This document shows, piece after piece, positions 23,498 through 34,941 of a DNA stretch of 64,000 bases (the stretch's first letter is position 1; every line of letters begins with the position of its first letter). Location: assembly GCF_988243305.1 (NCBI RefSeq), contig NZ_OZ547136.1, one strand, 5' to 3'. The notes beneath the pieces were generated by a model. It was not told the DNA's origin and made no database searches. It saw only the letters and a list, made by a program, of their open reading frames with translations. The position numbers and the translations under genes were made by a program.

Positions 23498-24585
23498 TCC
23501 TGGCCCCAGTCAGGTAATAACTCACCTTTTGTCGAGAAGCGGAAACGGTGTTGATCCCAGCCTTGTCCAAACAGGGTCAGCACATAGTTGTAATAGGCAT
23601 CGCTGCCGGGAAAGTTATCGGCCACGCGCTGGCGCTGAACGGCCTGCGCATCGCGGTTTTGTAAAAAGGGCAGCATGGCGGCAGAAAAACCGACCGGTCC
23701 TTTACCCTGCGCTTTCCCCGAAGCTACATCGACTTTTTCCGGCGGATAACCGTTTTTCTCGGTGAATGTCGCCATCGGTTTAAACCGGTTGAGCATCCGC
23801 GCTTTTTGCGGATCGCTGTCAGGCATCATGCCTACCCACATGTAAACGCGGATCGCGTCGTAGCTGCTGATCAATGTTTTTTCGGCTTTTAGCTGCCAGC
23901 CTTTGTCTTTCTCATAGCGCACCCAGTCTGGCGAAAAGCCTTTCGGGGCGGTTTCCAGCAATAAACGTTGATTGGTTTCGCGCAGCGTGGTCCACGGCGC
24001 GCCAAAGCGGGTGAAATACTGCGCCAGCGTCGGCGGCAGGTAGCTGGGGTTAAAACGCCAGCTGTTATCCTCTGCAAATCCCACTTTGCCCGGCAACAAC
24101 ATGGAACCCAGTCCAGGCACCGTCACCACTTCCTCCCGCGCAATACGTTTTAACAACGCGCTGCCGATGTCGGTATAACGCTGCTCTTTCCACAAACGCC
24201 CCGCCTCCAGCAACGACCAGGCCATCCAGACATCACCATCGGAGGCCGAATTGCTGTCCAGCACTTCCCACTTACTGTTCTCTTTCTTGCCCCACAGCCA
24301 TGCGGGCAAGCGTTCTTTTAAAGAACCCTGAGCGAGATTGTTCTGCGTCCAGTCGAGAATATTATCGAAAGCTGCACGGTCGTTAGCCGCCAGGGCAAAG
24401 AACATGCCGTAACTTTGTCCTTCGGAGGTGGTGATTTTGCGCGCGTCGCTGGGGTCGATGACGCGCCCTTCCTGACTGATGTAATCCTTTTTAAACTGCT
24501 CCCAGGCAGGCCAGGTACAGGCTGCCTGAACACTAAAGGCAGCCAGCAGCAGCATCGTCACGAGTCCACTACGCAACACATTCAT
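23479..24585 (-). CDS. bcsZ: Periplasmic endo-1,4-beta-glucanase (GH8), 368 aa
   Basis: ORF track 23479..24591; canonical start [17 protein letters not shown] at the internal ATG (24585); overlaps the bcsC start by 19 bp. Confidence 0.94.
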   Translation of the reverse strand: MNVLRSGLVTMLLLAAFSVQAACTWPAWEQFKKDYISQEGRVIDPSDARKITTSEGQSYGMFFALAANDRAAFDNILDWTQNNLAQGSLKERLPAWLWGKKENSKWEVLDSNSASDGDVWMAWSLLEAGRLWKEQRYTDIGSALLKRIAREEVVTVPGLGSMLLPGKVGFAEDNSWRFNPSYLPPTLAQYFTRFGAPWTTLRETNQRLLLETAPKGFSPDWVRYEKDKGWQLKAEKTLISSYDAIRVYMWVGMMPDSDPQKARMLNRFKPMATFTEKNGYPPEKVDVASGKAQGKGPVGFSAAMLPFLQNRDAQAVQRQRVADNFPGSDAYYNYVLTLFGQGWDQHRFRFSTKGELLPDWGQECANSH

Positions 24586-24591
24586 CTTCAA

Positions 24592-26931
24592 TTACTCGTT
24601 ATCCGGGTTAAGACGACGACGGCTGATAATACGCAGCAGACGCCACAGTACCCAGGCCAGCAGCACGACGCTGATTGCCGCCAGCACCGCCAGCAGAATC
24701 GGATGGTTTGCCAGGGCATACCATAAGCGTTCGAACCACGGCAGATGGCCAACGTAATAGACGTCGCCAACGCGTAGGCTATTGATACCGGACTCGCGGA
24801 TCACCGCGACCGAACCGAACATGGTGGCGCGTTTGCCGCTATCGTTCACCGCATCGTTAAGCATTTCATAACCGCGTGGGCTATCTGCCAGCAGCGCAAT
24901 CACGCTGCGCTGGTCGTTATACGGCGACTGGAAGCCAATCACCGCCGCCATCGCACCGGAAGAGGTCAGCGTTGACTGGGTTTCTGCCGCGCGATCGCTC
25001 TCGTCCGGAACAATGCCGGGGAACGGGGTCTGGCGCATCGGCGTTTTCACCCAGCTTTCGGTCGCCTGCACCAACAGGTCGATCTGCTTGTCGTCTTTCA
25101 GTTTGTCCGGGATACCACCGATGATCATGATGTCGGCATCTTTGCCCTGAATGGTGCTGCCATCATCGGTCACCGTCAGATTAATCGCCGGGAAGCCCGT
25201 CTGTGCGCCGATAAAACCAACAGTATTCAGCAACGTTTCCATCTGTGCTTCGTTAGGCGTTTTCGGCATCACGGTGATGGTTTGCGACAGATCCGCCATC
25301 CGGCTGAACGGGAAGCCCGCGTTAGCAAAAGCGCGTAGATCCGGCATCGGGATGAAGTGGTAATACTTCGAGAAGTCGATGGTGGAATCGTCACCAATCA
25401 CCACATGATTCTGCACCGGCTGGAAGGTAATACAGTTATCCACCGAACCGCCAGGCATCGGGTTCATATACTCAAAGTCAAAGCGCAGCTGGTTGGTCGC
25501 GCCCAGTTTCAGCGCCGGAATAGAGACATCCGTTTTGCCATCCAGCAAACCTTGTAATACCGGAATCCGCAGCAGCAGGCGGTTCGCCTCCTGTTTGCTG
25601 CTCAGATTGAATGATTGCAGGAACTGGTTATTCAGGCTGATATCCATCCGCGAACTGTCTTTCACCGGCGGCATGGTGTAGCGGTAATTAATATCCATAT
25701 CAATGCCGGTACTGCGCATCAGGTAGAGATCTGGCGGCAGGTTTAGCGAAACATTAATCGCTGCTGGCTCAAGACCGCTGGATTGCAACTGTTCTTCATA
25801 GGTTTTCAGTTCACCAAAGGTGACCGGACGATCGGTACGCACCCAGTTCGGCGCATCGTACGGCTTACGCGGTAGCAGCGGTTTCACTTCATTCACTACC
25901 ACGCTTTCACCACGGAACAGAATGTTACCCTGAGCGATACCTTTCGCTGCCTGCAACAGGTCTTTGTCGTCACGACCAAACACCACCAGCAGTTTGACGT
26001 AAGGATTCTGCGGATGGTTGATCATCTCAATCACCGGGGCTTTTACCGCCGGATGATCGCGCAGGAAATCCGGGCGTTTGTCATTGGTGGCAAAAACGAT
26101 GGCATTGCGATCCGGCAATTGGTTATAGAGCACCGGGAAGTTCTGCCCACGCCAGCCAGAACGCGAACCAAACCACGAGGCGACAATGGCAGATGCTTGT
26201 TGCAGCCCGACATCCGGCGCACCCGCAAAGACCATCGGCAAGGTGTTAGTACGGTTATCACGCGGGTCAAAGAATGGTACCGGGAAGTGTGACAGGTCAT
26301 TCTTCACATTCAGGGTCTGATAGGTCAGATCCAGTCCACTGCTCCGCCCAACATCCAGCCAAAGCGTGGTGCTGGCCGGGTTTTCGCACACGTCCTGATA
26401 ATGACCGACAAACTCCAGCCGCACACGGTTGAAGTCGGTAATAAACAGTGGGTTAATGGGCATTTGTGCCAGCGTTTTTTTACCCAACTGTTCTTTGGTC
26501 ACTGGCAGCACGCCCATCAGTTCATCATTGAGATAAACCTTTAACTGCGACTGGACAGGCAGTAACGATGGCGATGGCGTGTATTCGAGGTTGAGCATCG
26601 CCTTCGTCACCACTTCATCGCTGCGCATACCAAACTCAATGCTGCCGTTCGGGTTAATGCCACGTAGCACCATGCTGCCCGGCGGCGGCGCAATTTGCGC
26701 AAAGGTCAGCTTCACATCACGCGAAGGACCGTTCTGCGCCACGACTGGCGCATCAGCGCCCTGCACGCCCGGCATCACTTGCCCCACCTGCGGATTTTGT
26801 TCCGTCTGGGCGGCTACAGCTGGCTCAGCATTGATCAGTGGTTGCGTTGCTGGCGTCGCCTGCGTCATGAAAGAGGGGAACGCACTCATCCCCATAGCCA
26901 CTGCACAAATCCAGAATAGTTTTCTTTTCAT
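24592..26931 (-). CDS. bcsB: Cellulose synthase periplasmic subunit BcsB, 779 aa
   Basis: ORF track 24592..27018 is over-extended; canonical start MKRKLFWICAVAMGMSAF (signal peptide) at the internal ATG (26931); C-terminal TM anchor. Confidence 0.94.
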   Translation of the reverse strand: MKRKLFWICAVAMGMSAFPSFMTQATPATQPLINAEPAVAAQTEQNPQVGQVMPGVQGADAPVVAQNGPSRDVKLTFAQIAPPPGSMVLRGINPNGSIEFGMRSDEVVTKAMLNLEYTPSPSLLPVQSQLKVYLNDELMGVLPVTKEQLGKKTLAQMPINPLFITDFNRVRLEFVGHYQDVCENPASTTLWLDVGRSSGLDLTYQTLNVKNDLSHFPVPFFDPRDNRTNTLPMVFAGAPDVGLQQASAIVASWFGSRSGWRGQNFPVLYNQLPDRNAIVFATNDKRPDFLRDHPAVKAPVIEMINHPQNPYVKLLVVFGRDDKDLLQAAKGIAQGNILFRGESVVVNEVKPLLPRKPYDAPNWVRTDRPVTFGELKTYEEQLQSSGLEPAAINVSLNLPPDLYLMRSTGIDMDINYRYTMPPVKDSSRMDISLNNQFLQSFNLSSKQEANRLLLRIPVLQGLLDGKTDVSIPALKLGATNQLRFDFEYMNPMPGGSVDNCITFQPVQNHVVIGDDSTIDFSKYYHFIPMPDLRAFANAGFPFSRMADLSQTITVMPKTPNEAQMETLLNTVGFIGAQTGFPAINLTVTDDGSTIQGKDADIMIIGGIPDKLKDDKQIDLLVQATESWVKTPMRQTPFPGIVPDESDRAAETQSTLTSSGAMAAVIGFQSPYNDQRSVIALLADSPRGYEMLNDAVNDSGKRATMFGSVAVIRESGINSLRVGDVYYVGHLPWFERLWYALANHPILLAVLAAISVVLLAWVLWRLLRIISRRRLNPDNE

Positions 26932-26941
26932 CGCGTTATCA

Positions 26942-29560
26942 TCATTGTTGAGCCAAAGCCTGATCCGATGGTTGTGCCGTTTCGCTCCGCTCCGGGCGGC
27001 GCGGAATAAACGATACAACCCAGGAAACCAGAGAAGTCAGCACACGGAATATGCCCTTCACCGAAGAAGGCGCAAACTCCGCCAGATGGCGGTAGCCACG
27101 GAAGCCGAGCTTCAGAATATCCAGCAGACTTTCCAGCGGCTTATCTTCCGGATAGCTGTCCTGCCAGAGCGCCCATGTATCCGCACGGGCAAACGTACAC
27201 TGCACAAAATCGATATGTTGCTGGGTGGTGAGCGGCATTAATTTCAACCCAACTTCATTACCCATCACGCGCGCCACCTGGGTGGGGAAGACGTATTCCT
27301 GCTGACCGCGTTTAAGCAACAGATTCACTTTCTGCCCTTCCAGAATCTGCGCCTGACCGTTGATCTTGATCCCCAAACCACCATCGGAGAAATCCTGAAC
27401 GGTACACGAGAAGAGGTGACCATCTTCGCGGGCAATTGCCGCGGGCATCGTCATCTCCACGCGGTGCGATCGGCGCACCTGTTTGCTTTCTACCGATACC
27501 GCAACTGCGCCGCCAAGAACAATCAGGTTGTAGAATACCCACACCATACTGACGACCACGGTGAGCATCTCGGTTGGCGGGCCATAGAAGTAGCGCCAGA
27601 TGCCTACCGCAACGCCCACCAGGTTGAGCAGGACAAGGAAGATGTAGGGCCGCGAGATCACCCAGTCGACGTACTCTTCTTCCACCAGTCCACCTTTGGC
27701 GGTGACGTTAAATTTGCCTTTGTGCGGGTTAATCAGCGCCACCAGCGTCGGTGGTGCGATATACCACGCCAGCACCGTTTCGTAGATTTCACTCCAGAAA
27801 GAGTGGCGATATTTGCCCTGGATCTTGGAGTTGGTCAGGCTGGCATGGATCATATGCGGCAGCACGAAAAGGGCGATCATCAACGCTGGCGCATAGATGA
27901 TGTAGGCATGAAGCAGCAGGAACGCCAGCGGCGCAGTCAGGAAGATCAGCCGTGGAATGCCCGACAAGAAGTGGAACATGGCGTTGACGTAACATAGCCG
28001 CTGAGCAAACTTCAGCCCTTTACCGGTGAGCGGGTTATCGAGACGGAAGATTTGCACCATCCCGCGCGCCCAGCGAATACGCTGACCAATATGCGCCGAC
28101 AGACTTTCGGTCGCCAGCCCCGCCGCCTGCGGAATACGCATATATGCAGAGGTGTAGCCACGACGGTGCAGGCGCAAAGAGGTATGCGCATCTTCAGTCA
28201 CAGTTTCGACAGCAATGCCGCCAATTTCATCCAGCGGCTTACGGCGAATCACCGCACAGGAACCGCAGAAGAAAGTGGCGTCCCACATATCGTTGCCATC
28301 CTGCACCAGACCATAGAACAGCGTGCCTTCGTTCGGTGTTTTACGGAAACGTCCCAGGTTGCGTTCAAACGGGTCCGGTGAGAAGAAGTGGTGCGGCGTC
28401 TGCATCATCGCCAGTTGTTTTTCTTTCAGGAACCAGCCCATGGTCATTTGCAGGAACGATCGCGTTGGTACGTGGTCGCAGTCGAAAATCGACACGAACT
28501 CGCCTTTGGCATATTTCAGCGCATTGTTGATGTTGCCCGCTTTCGCATGTTCATGAGTGGTACGGGCGATATATTTCACCCCCACGTTTTGCGCAAACTG
28601 GCGAAACTCTTCCCTGCCGCCGTCATCAAGGATCCAGATGTTCAGTTTGTCTTTCGGCCAGTCGATACCCAGCGAGGCGTAAATGGTATTTTTCACCACG
28701 TTGAGATCTTCGTTGTAAGTCGGGACAAAGATATCCACCGACGGCCACAGCGACATATCTTTCGGCAATGGCACCGGCTGACGATTCAGCGGCCATACTA
28801 CCTGGAAGTAGCCGAGCACGAGCACAATCCACGCGTACGTTTCAGCGAAGAGCAGAATAAGCCCGCACACCAGGCTGACCGGATCGTCCCAGTTCAGCGT
28901 AGAGGTGTAGCGCCACCAGATATAACGGCAAGAAACGGTCAGCGACAGCACAATCAACATTAGCGCCGAGAAGCGCCCCGGCATCCGCCGTACGATCAGC
29001 GCTACACCCCACAGCAGCATCAGGAAGATAAACTGCGCCAGCGGGTTAAACGGCTGGGTAACGCAGATTAACGCCAGAATCAGCGAGAAGGTGACGATGA
29101 TACCGAGGATCAACCGCCGCGCCCCGGCGCTCAAATGACCGAGCTCTTTTTTCTCATCGAGATGCTGTGTTTTATGGCTAACGCGCTCAGGCAGCTCGTT
29201 CATCCATTGATGGTAACGTCCACGAATATTCTGCAGACCTGAAAATGTCCGCCTGTGCGGTTTCGGCGTTTCTTTGCGCGATGTACCGATCAGTAACCAG
29301 CATGTTTGAATGAGATAACGGACCGGGTCCAGCGGACGCGGACGCGAGGCGTTGATATGCGGATACAGGTTTTTATGTTCTGCGCGAATACGCTGCCAGC
29401 GCGGGTGCTCCAGCGGAATAAAAATCCAGGCCAGGATCAACCAAAAACAGCCGAGCGTCGCGCTGAAAGCCGACGCGCCGTGACGACGATAATCGCGATA
29501 ACGCCCGATAAGCCGCGCGTTGACCGGCGGGATAAGCAACCACCGGGTCAGGATACTCAT
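26942..29560 (-). CDS. bcsA: Cellulose synthase catalytic subunit BcsA (GT2 with C-terminal PilZ domain), 872 aa
   Basis: ORF track; GT2 motifs DCD, TED and QRIRW; PilZ motifs RRSHR and DFSDGG; start overlaps the bcsQ stop (ATGA). Confidence 0.96.
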   Translation of the reverse strand: MSILTRWLLIPPVNARLIGRYRDYRRHGASAFSATLGCFWLILAWIFIPLEHPRWQRIRAEHKNLYPHINASRPRPLDPVRYLIQTCWLLIGTSRKETPKPHRRTFSGLQNIRGRYHQWMNELPERVSHKTQHLDEKKELGHLSAGARRLILGIIVTFSLILALICVTQPFNPLAQFIFLMLLWGVALIVRRMPGRFSALMLIVLSLTVSCRYIWWRYTSTLNWDDPVSLVCGLILLFAETYAWIVLVLGYFQVVWPLNRQPVPLPKDMSLWPSVDIFVPTYNEDLNVVKNTIYASLGIDWPKDKLNIWILDDGGREEFRQFAQNVGVKYIARTTHEHAKAGNINNALKYAKGEFVSIFDCDHVPTRSFLQMTMGWFLKEKQLAMMQTPHHFFSPDPFERNLGRFRKTPNEGTLFYGLVQDGNDMWDATFFCGSCAVIRRKPLDEIGGIAVETVTEDAHTSLRLHRRGYTSAYMRIPQAAGLATESLSAHIGQRIRWARGMVQIFRLDNPLTGKGLKFAQRLCYVNAMFHFLSGIPRLIFLTAPLAFLLLHAYIIYAPALMIALFVLPHMIHASLTNSKIQGKYRHSFWSEIYETVLAWYIAPPTLVALINPHKGKFNVTAKGGLVEEEYVDWVISRPYIFLVLLNLVGVAVGIWRYFYGPPTEMLTVVVSMVWVFYNLIVLGGAVAVSVESKQVRRSHRVEMTMPAAIAREDGHLFSCTVQDFSDGGLGIKINGQAQILEGQKVNLLLKRGQQEYVFPTQVARVMGNEVGLKLMPLTTQQHIDFVQCTFARADTWALWQDSYPEDKPLESLLDILKLGFRGYRHLAEFAPSSVKGIFRVLTSLVSWVVSFIPRRPERSETAQPSDQALAQQ

Positions 29561-30309
29561 GATTTACTCCCGACTGGCGTTTTCAGCCCGGAATAGTTCA
29601 ACAGGCACCAGTTAGCCAGCGTCAGTATCTCTTCAGCCGCCAGCGCATCACTGCGATATTCACCGACTGGTTGCTTAGCCGCCAGGCATTCAGCCATCGC
29701 TTCATCACGATGAATGAGCATCGGCAGTAATCGGCGCTGGCTTTGCAACCAAAGCTGGTAAATATCGTCCTGAACTTGACTGCCGATACGGAAGTCATTA
29801 ATCAAAATATGCGCGCCATCCGGCAGCGCCTGCTGATGCAGCCGGATATGGCAGTTGGCATCCACATTGACGATTGCCAGCGAGTGATCGCACAAACTCA
29901 GCAGCTGGTGGGTTATCTGCGAGGAATCACGCGGTAAGTCGATTAAAATCCAATGGTAACGCCCGCTGGCTTTTAGTTGCTGTAAGCCGGAGCAAATATC
30001 GCTCAGCCGGGTTTGCCAGTGCTGTGGATTTTCTTGTTCTTCAATGGATAACTGACCAAAAGGCAGCAAATCGAGTTGCGAGGTATAGCGCAACCCAGCG
30101 TCACGCCAGTCCTGGCCATCCAGCATAGCTCTGGCCCAGCCCTGACGGTGGGTAAAATCAACGTTAAATGACAGGCGCAACAAGTTGTCCGGGCAGGCAT
30201 CGACCACCAGGACATTTTCTCCCAACATTTGTAATGACCAGGCTAATGCGGCGGTGATGGTTGTTGTCCCCACGCCTCCCCGCACCCCCTGCAATCCCAG
30301 TACGGCCAT
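29557..30309 (-). CDS. bcsQ: Cellulose biosynthesis protein BcsQ (MinD/ParA-like ATPase), 250 aa, apparently intact
   Basis: ORF track; deviant Walker A GVRGGVGTTT; codon 6 is TTG (Leu), with no premature stop. Confidence 0.93.
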   Translation of the reverse strand: MAVLGLQGVRGGVGTTTITAALAWSLQMLGENVLVVDACPDNLLRLSFNVDFTHRQGWARAMLDGQDWRDAGLRYTSQLDLLPFGQLSIEEQENPQHWQTRLSDICSGLQQLKASGRYHWILIDLPRDSSQITHQLLSLCDHSLAIVNVDANCHIRLHQQALPDGAHILINDFRIGSQVQDDIYQLWLQSQRRLLPMLIHRDEAMAECLAAKQPVGEYRSDALAAEEILTLANWCLLNYSGLKTPVGSKS

Positions 30310-30320
30310 TCACCAATCCC

Positions 30321-30509
30321 CTACTTTTGTTGCGCAAACTCTGCCAGCAACGGCCAGCGTTTTAATGCCGCGGCCAACTGTTCGCGTTGGGAAATATCGG
30401 CATAATCAATATCAGGCAGTGAAAATGCCTGCTTTAACGCCAAAATATCATTCTGGAAGATATAGCCTATCGCGGGATCAGGCAGAGTATCTGGTTCATT
30501 GTTATTCAT
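30321..30509 (-). CDS. bcsR: Small cellulose-biosynthesis protein BcsR, 62 aa
   Basis: ORF track 30321..30551; canonical start MNNNEPDTLPDPAIGYIF at the internal ATG (30509). Confidence 0.88.
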   Translation of the reverse strand: MNNNEPDTLPDPAIGYIFQNDILALKQAFSLPDIDYADISQREQLAAALKRWPLLAEFAQQK

Positions 30510-30780
30510 TTGCTTGATCCCTATGAAATAACCGTACCGTTCATGAGACAATTCTAACCGTGAGCATTTCGCCGGTTTATTGTTTACGGCGAGACGGGAA
30601 TTTGCTCACTTTTTGACTTTCCGTTACGCAACAAAAAAAGTTAAAAACGAAAAGACTAAAATCACACGTCTTGTGACCTGCTAAATTGATTCACATGCTA
30701 AATCTGATAAGTTTTAATTTCAATGGTAGGTTTATTTCTTAGCTTTCGCTAGTAAACTGATAATCAGACAAAATGATGAC
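30510..30780. promoter_or_regulatory. Divergent bcs promoter region (bcsRQABZC leftward, bcsEFG rightward)
   Basis: 271-bp AT-rich non-coding interval between divergently oriented first genes of the two bcs operons. Confidence 0.6.
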
Positions 30781-32352
30781 ATGAGGGACATTGTGGACCC
30801 TGTATTCTCTATCGGTATCTCATCATTATGGGATGAGCTGCGACATATGCCAGCAGGCGGCGTCTGGTGGTTTAACGTCGATCGCCATGAAGATGCTATC
30901 AGTCTGGCGAATCAAACAATTGCATCCCAGGCTGAAACCGCACACGTCGCGGTCATTAGCATGGACAGCGATCCGGCGAAAATCTTTCAATTAGATGATT
31001 CTCAAGGGCCGGAAAAAATAAAATTATTTTCAATGCTAAATCATGAAAAAGGTCTATACTATTTGGCCCGTGATTTGCAGTGTTCTATTGATCCCCATAA
31101 TTACCTTTTTATTCTTGTTTGCGCAAATAACGCATGGCAAAACATTCCTGCCGAGCGGCTTCGCTCATGGTTGGATAAAATGAATAAATGGAGCAGGTTA
31201 AACCATTGTTCGCTTTTGGTAATTAATCCCGGAAATAATAACGATAAACAATTTTCATTGTTGCTTGAGGAATACCGTTCACTTTTTGGTCTTGCCAGTT
31301 TGCGTTTTCAGGGCGACCAACATTTGCTGGATATTGCCTTCTGGTGCAACGAAAAAGGGGTCAGCGCCCGTCAGCAGCTTAGCGTTCAGCAACAAAATGG
31401 TATCTGGACATTAGTTCAAAGCGAAGAGGCGGAGATCCAACCACGCAGCGACGAAAAACGCATTCTGAGTAATGTTGCTGTACTGGAAGGTGCGCCGCCG
31501 CTATCGGAACACTGGCAACTGTTCAACAATAACGAAGTCCTGTTCAATGAAGCCCGTACCGCTCAGGCGGCGACGGTGGTCTTTTCTTTACATCAAAATG
31601 CGCAAATCGAGCCACTGGCCCGCAGCATTCATACTCTGCGTCGCCAGCGCGGTAGTGCGATGAAAATCCTCGTACGGGAAAATACCGCTAGCCTGCGCGC
31701 CACCGATGAACGTTTGTTATTGGCCTGCGGTGCAAATATGGTTATCCCATGGAATGCCCCACTCTCCCGCTGTCTGACGATGATCGAAAGCGTGCAAGGG
31801 CAGAAGTTTAGTCGCTATGTGCCGGAAGATATCACTACCTTGCTGTCAATGACCCAGCCGCTCAAACTGCGTGGTTTCCAGAAGTGGGATGTGTTCTGTA
31901 ATGCCGTCAACAACATGATGAATAACCCTCTATTACCTGCCCACGGTAAAGGCGTTCTGGTTGCCCTACGTCCGGTACCGGGTATCCGCGTTGAGCAAGC
32001 CCTGACGCTGTGTCGCCCTAACCGCACCGGCGATATCATGACTATTGGCGGTAATCGGCTGGTGCTGTTTCTCTCATTCTGTCGGATTAACGATCTGGAT
32101 ACCGCGTTGAATCATATTTTCCCATTGCCGACTGGCGACATTTTCTCAAACCGTATGGTCTGGTTTGAAGATGATCAAATCAGTGCCGAGCTGGTGCAGA
32201 TGCGCCTGCTTGCCCCAGAACAATGGGGCATGCCGCTGCCTTTAACGCAAAATTCTAAACCGGTCATTAATGCCGAGCACGATGGTCGCCACTGGCGACG
32301 AATACCAGAACCAATGCGACTGTTAGATGATGCTGTGGAGCGCTCATCATGA
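30781..32352 (+). CDS. bcsE: c-di-GMP-binding protein BcsE (GIL domain), 523 aa
   Basis: ORF track; recognised as BcsE/YhjS. Confidence 0.95.
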
Positions 32353-32540
32353 TGACCATCAGCGATATCATTGAAATTATTGTCGTTTGCGCACTGATAT
32401 TTTTCCCGCTGGGCTATCTGGCGCGGCACTCTTTGCGACGCATTCGCGACACCTTACGTTTGTTCTTTGCTAAACCTCGTTATGTTAAACCGGCCGGGAC
32501 GTTACGCCGCACGGAAAAAGCCAGGGCAACCAAAAAATGA
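32349..32540 (+). CDS. bcsF: Small membrane protein BcsF, 63 aa
   Basis: ORF track; single TM helix; start overlaps the bcsE stop. Confidence 0.9.
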
Positions 32541-34216
32541 CTCAATTTACGCAAAATACCGCCATGCCTTCTTCCCTCTGGCAATACTGGCGCGGCCTTT
32601 CCGGCTGGAACTTCTATTTTCTGGTTAAGTTCGGCCTGTTGTGGGCGGGATATCTTAACTTCCATCCGCTCCTCAATCTGGTGTTTGCCGCGTTTCTGCT
32701 GATGCCCATTCCGCGCTACAGCCTGCATCGCTTACGCCACTGGATTGCCCTGCCGATCGGCTTTGCTTTGTTCTGGCATGACACCTGGTTACCTGGCCCG
32801 GAAAGCATAATGAGCCAGGGTTCGCAGGTGGCGGGGTTCAGTACCGATTATTTAATCGACCTTGTCACACGCTTTATTAACTGGCAGATGATTGGGGCCA
32901 TTTTTGTTTTATTAGTGGCCTGGTTATTCCTGTCACAATGGATTCGCATTACCGTTTTTGTGGTTGCCATTCTGCTATGGCTGAACGTACTTACCCTGGC
33001 GGGACCAAGTTTCTCCTTGTGGCCAGCCGGTCAACCGACGACCACTGTAACAACGACGGGTGGTAACGCAGCGGCAACCGTTGCGGCGACGGGTGGCGCA
33101 CCGGTAGTGGGTGATATGCCCGCACAAACTGCACCGCCAACAACGGCGAACCTTAACGCCTGGCTGAATAATTTCTATAACGCGGAGGCGAAACGTAAAT
33201 CGACCTTCCCGTCTTCGCTGCCCGCTGATGCTCAGCCATTTGAACTACTGGTGATTAATATCTGTTCGCTTTCCTGGTCGGATATAGAAGCCGCCGGGTT
33301 GATGTCGCATCCGCTGTGGTCGCATTTCGATATTGAGTTCAAGAACTTTAACTCCGCCACCTCCTACAGTGGCCCGGCGGCGATCCGTTTACTGCGCGCC
33401 AGCTGCGGGCAGACTTCGCACACTAATCTGTATCAACCGGCAAATAATGACTGCTATCTGTTTGATAACCTGTCGAAACTGGGCTTTACCCAGCACCTGA
33501 TGATGGGACATAACGGCCAGTTCGGCGGTTTTTTGAAAGAAGTTCGCGAAAATGGCGGCATGCAGACCGAATTGATGGATCAAACAAATTTGCCGGTTAT
33601 TTTGCTGGGCTTTGATGGTTCGCCGGTTTATGACGATACCGCCGTGCTTAACCGCTGGCTGGACGTTACCGAAAAAGATAAAAACAGCCGTAGTGCCACG
33701 TTCTACAACACGCTTCCACTGCATGACGGCAACCATTATCCGGGCGTCAGCAAAACAGCGGATTACAAAGCGCGGGCGCAGAAATTCTTTGATGAACTGG
33801 ACGCCTTCTTTACTGAACTGGAGAAATCGGGTCGTAAAGTGATGGTGGTCGTGGTGCCGGAACACGGTGGCGCGCTGAAGGGCGACAGAATGCAGGTATC
33901 TGGCCTACGTGATATCCCTAGCCCGTCTATCACAGACGTCCCCGTTGGGGTGAAATTCTTCGGCATGAAGGCACCACATCAGGGGGCACCGATTGTCATC
34001 GACCAACCGAGCAGCTTCCTGGCTATCTCCGATCTGGTGGTTCGCGTTCTTGATGGCAAGATTTTCTCCGAAGACAATGTTGACTGGAAAAAACTCACCA
34101 GTGGGTTGCCACAAACAGCACCGGTCTCAGAGAACTCAAATGCAGTAGTTATTCAATACCAGGATAAACCGTACGTTCGCCTGAACGGCGGCGACTGGGT
34201 GCCTTACCCGCAATAA
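32537..34216 (+). CDS. bcsG: Cellulose phosphoethanolamine transferase BcsG, 559 aa
   Basis: ORF track; N-terminal TM segments plus alkaline-phosphatase-like periplasmic domain; start overlaps the bcsF stop. Confidence 0.95.
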
Positions 34217-34221
34217 GAACG

Positions 34222-34253
34222 AAAAAGGCCGCAGAGTTTCACCCCTGCGGCCT
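34222..34253 (-). terminator. Intrinsic terminator of ldr copy 1 (ggccgcag / ctgcggcc followed by U-run on the minus strand)
   Basis: 8-bp GC stem with a TTTTT run on the minus strand, about 50 bp 3' of the ldr stop. Confidence 0.7.
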
Positions 34254-34302
34254 GGTCCGGGCGCAAATTGCCATTACGGCAGCCTGACGCCCGCATGACA
34301 CG

Positions 34303-34410
34303 TTACTTCCGCTTATTCAGCGAGTTCACGATCAGACTGGCAAGAATGCCAGCAATGACCGGAGCCGCTAAATCATGCCAGAAGGCCATGCCCAGTTCTG
34401 CGAGCGTCAT
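34303..34410 (-). CDS. ldr: Type I toxin Ldr, 35 aa (copy 1, MTLAELGMAFWHDLAAPVIAGILASLIVNSLNKRK)
   Basis: Last 35 codons of ORF 34303..34545 from the internal ATG at 34410; matches the Ldr small membrane toxin family; carries Ser in place of Trp at residue 30. Confidence 0.85.
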   Translation of the reverse strand: MTLAELGMAFWHDLAAPVIAGILASLIVNSLNKRK

Positions 34411-34458
34411 ATAGCCGCCTCTGTTGTAATGACAACGTTTCGCGGCTATTCTTGAGTT

Positions 34459-34522
34459 GTTTGGGTTCAAGATTAGCCCCCGTGATGTTGTCAGGTGCAT
34501 ACCTGCAATATGCGGGGGTTTT
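34459..34522 (+). ncRNA. rdl: Rdl antisense RNA (antitoxin) of ldr copy 1, approximate ends
   Basis: Plus-strand stem-loop agcccccg...cgggggtttt (intrinsic terminator) antisense to the ldr leader; 5' end inferred from the recalled RdlD sequence. Confidence 0.5.
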
Positions 34523-34704
34523 CTCTCTCCAGCAACCAATGCCACTAGGGATTAAGCCCCCGCAACATTGCGCCTCACCGGAACCCTTCCGGCTTGCCGC
34601 TGATTCTACGGCCATTTTTGTTCGTCGAAATCCATCACTTCTTCACTCTGTGCTGCGCATTCCGCAGAATATTATCCGCTTGCAACCGTTGCATTTTTCT
34701 TACG

Positions 34705-34736
34705 AAAAAGGCCGCAGAGTTTTATCCCTGCGGCCT
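34705..34736 (-). terminator. Intrinsic terminator of ldr copy 2
   Basis: Same hairpin plus U-run as in unit 1, shifted by 483 bp. Confidence 0.7.
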
Positions 34737-34785
34737 GATCCGGGCGCAAATTGCCATTACGGCAGCCTGACGCCCGTCTGACACG

Positions 34786-34893
34786 TTACTTCCGCTTGTT
34801 CAGCCAGTTCACGATCAGACTGGCAAGAATGCCAGCAATGACCGGAGCCGCTAAATCATGCCAGAAGGCCATGCCCAGCTCTGCGAGCGTCAT
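34786..34893 (-). CDS. ldr: Type I toxin Ldr, 35 aa (copy 2, ...ILASLIVNWLNKRK)
   Basis: Last 35 codons of ORF 34786..35061 from the internal ATG at 34893. Confidence 0.85.
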   Translation of the reverse strand: MTLAELGMAFWHDLAAPVIAGILASLIVNWLNKRK

Positions 34894-34941
34894 ATAGCCG
34901 CCTGAGTTGTAATGACAACGTTTCGCGGCTATTCTTGTATT

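Larger units (their letters stand above)
34221..34703 (-). repeat. LDR (long direct repeat) unit 1: ldr toxin gene, leader, rdl antisense RNA, terminator
   Basis: 483-bp unit repeated in tandem (next units begin at 34704 and 35187) with high but imperfect identity. Confidence 0.9.
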
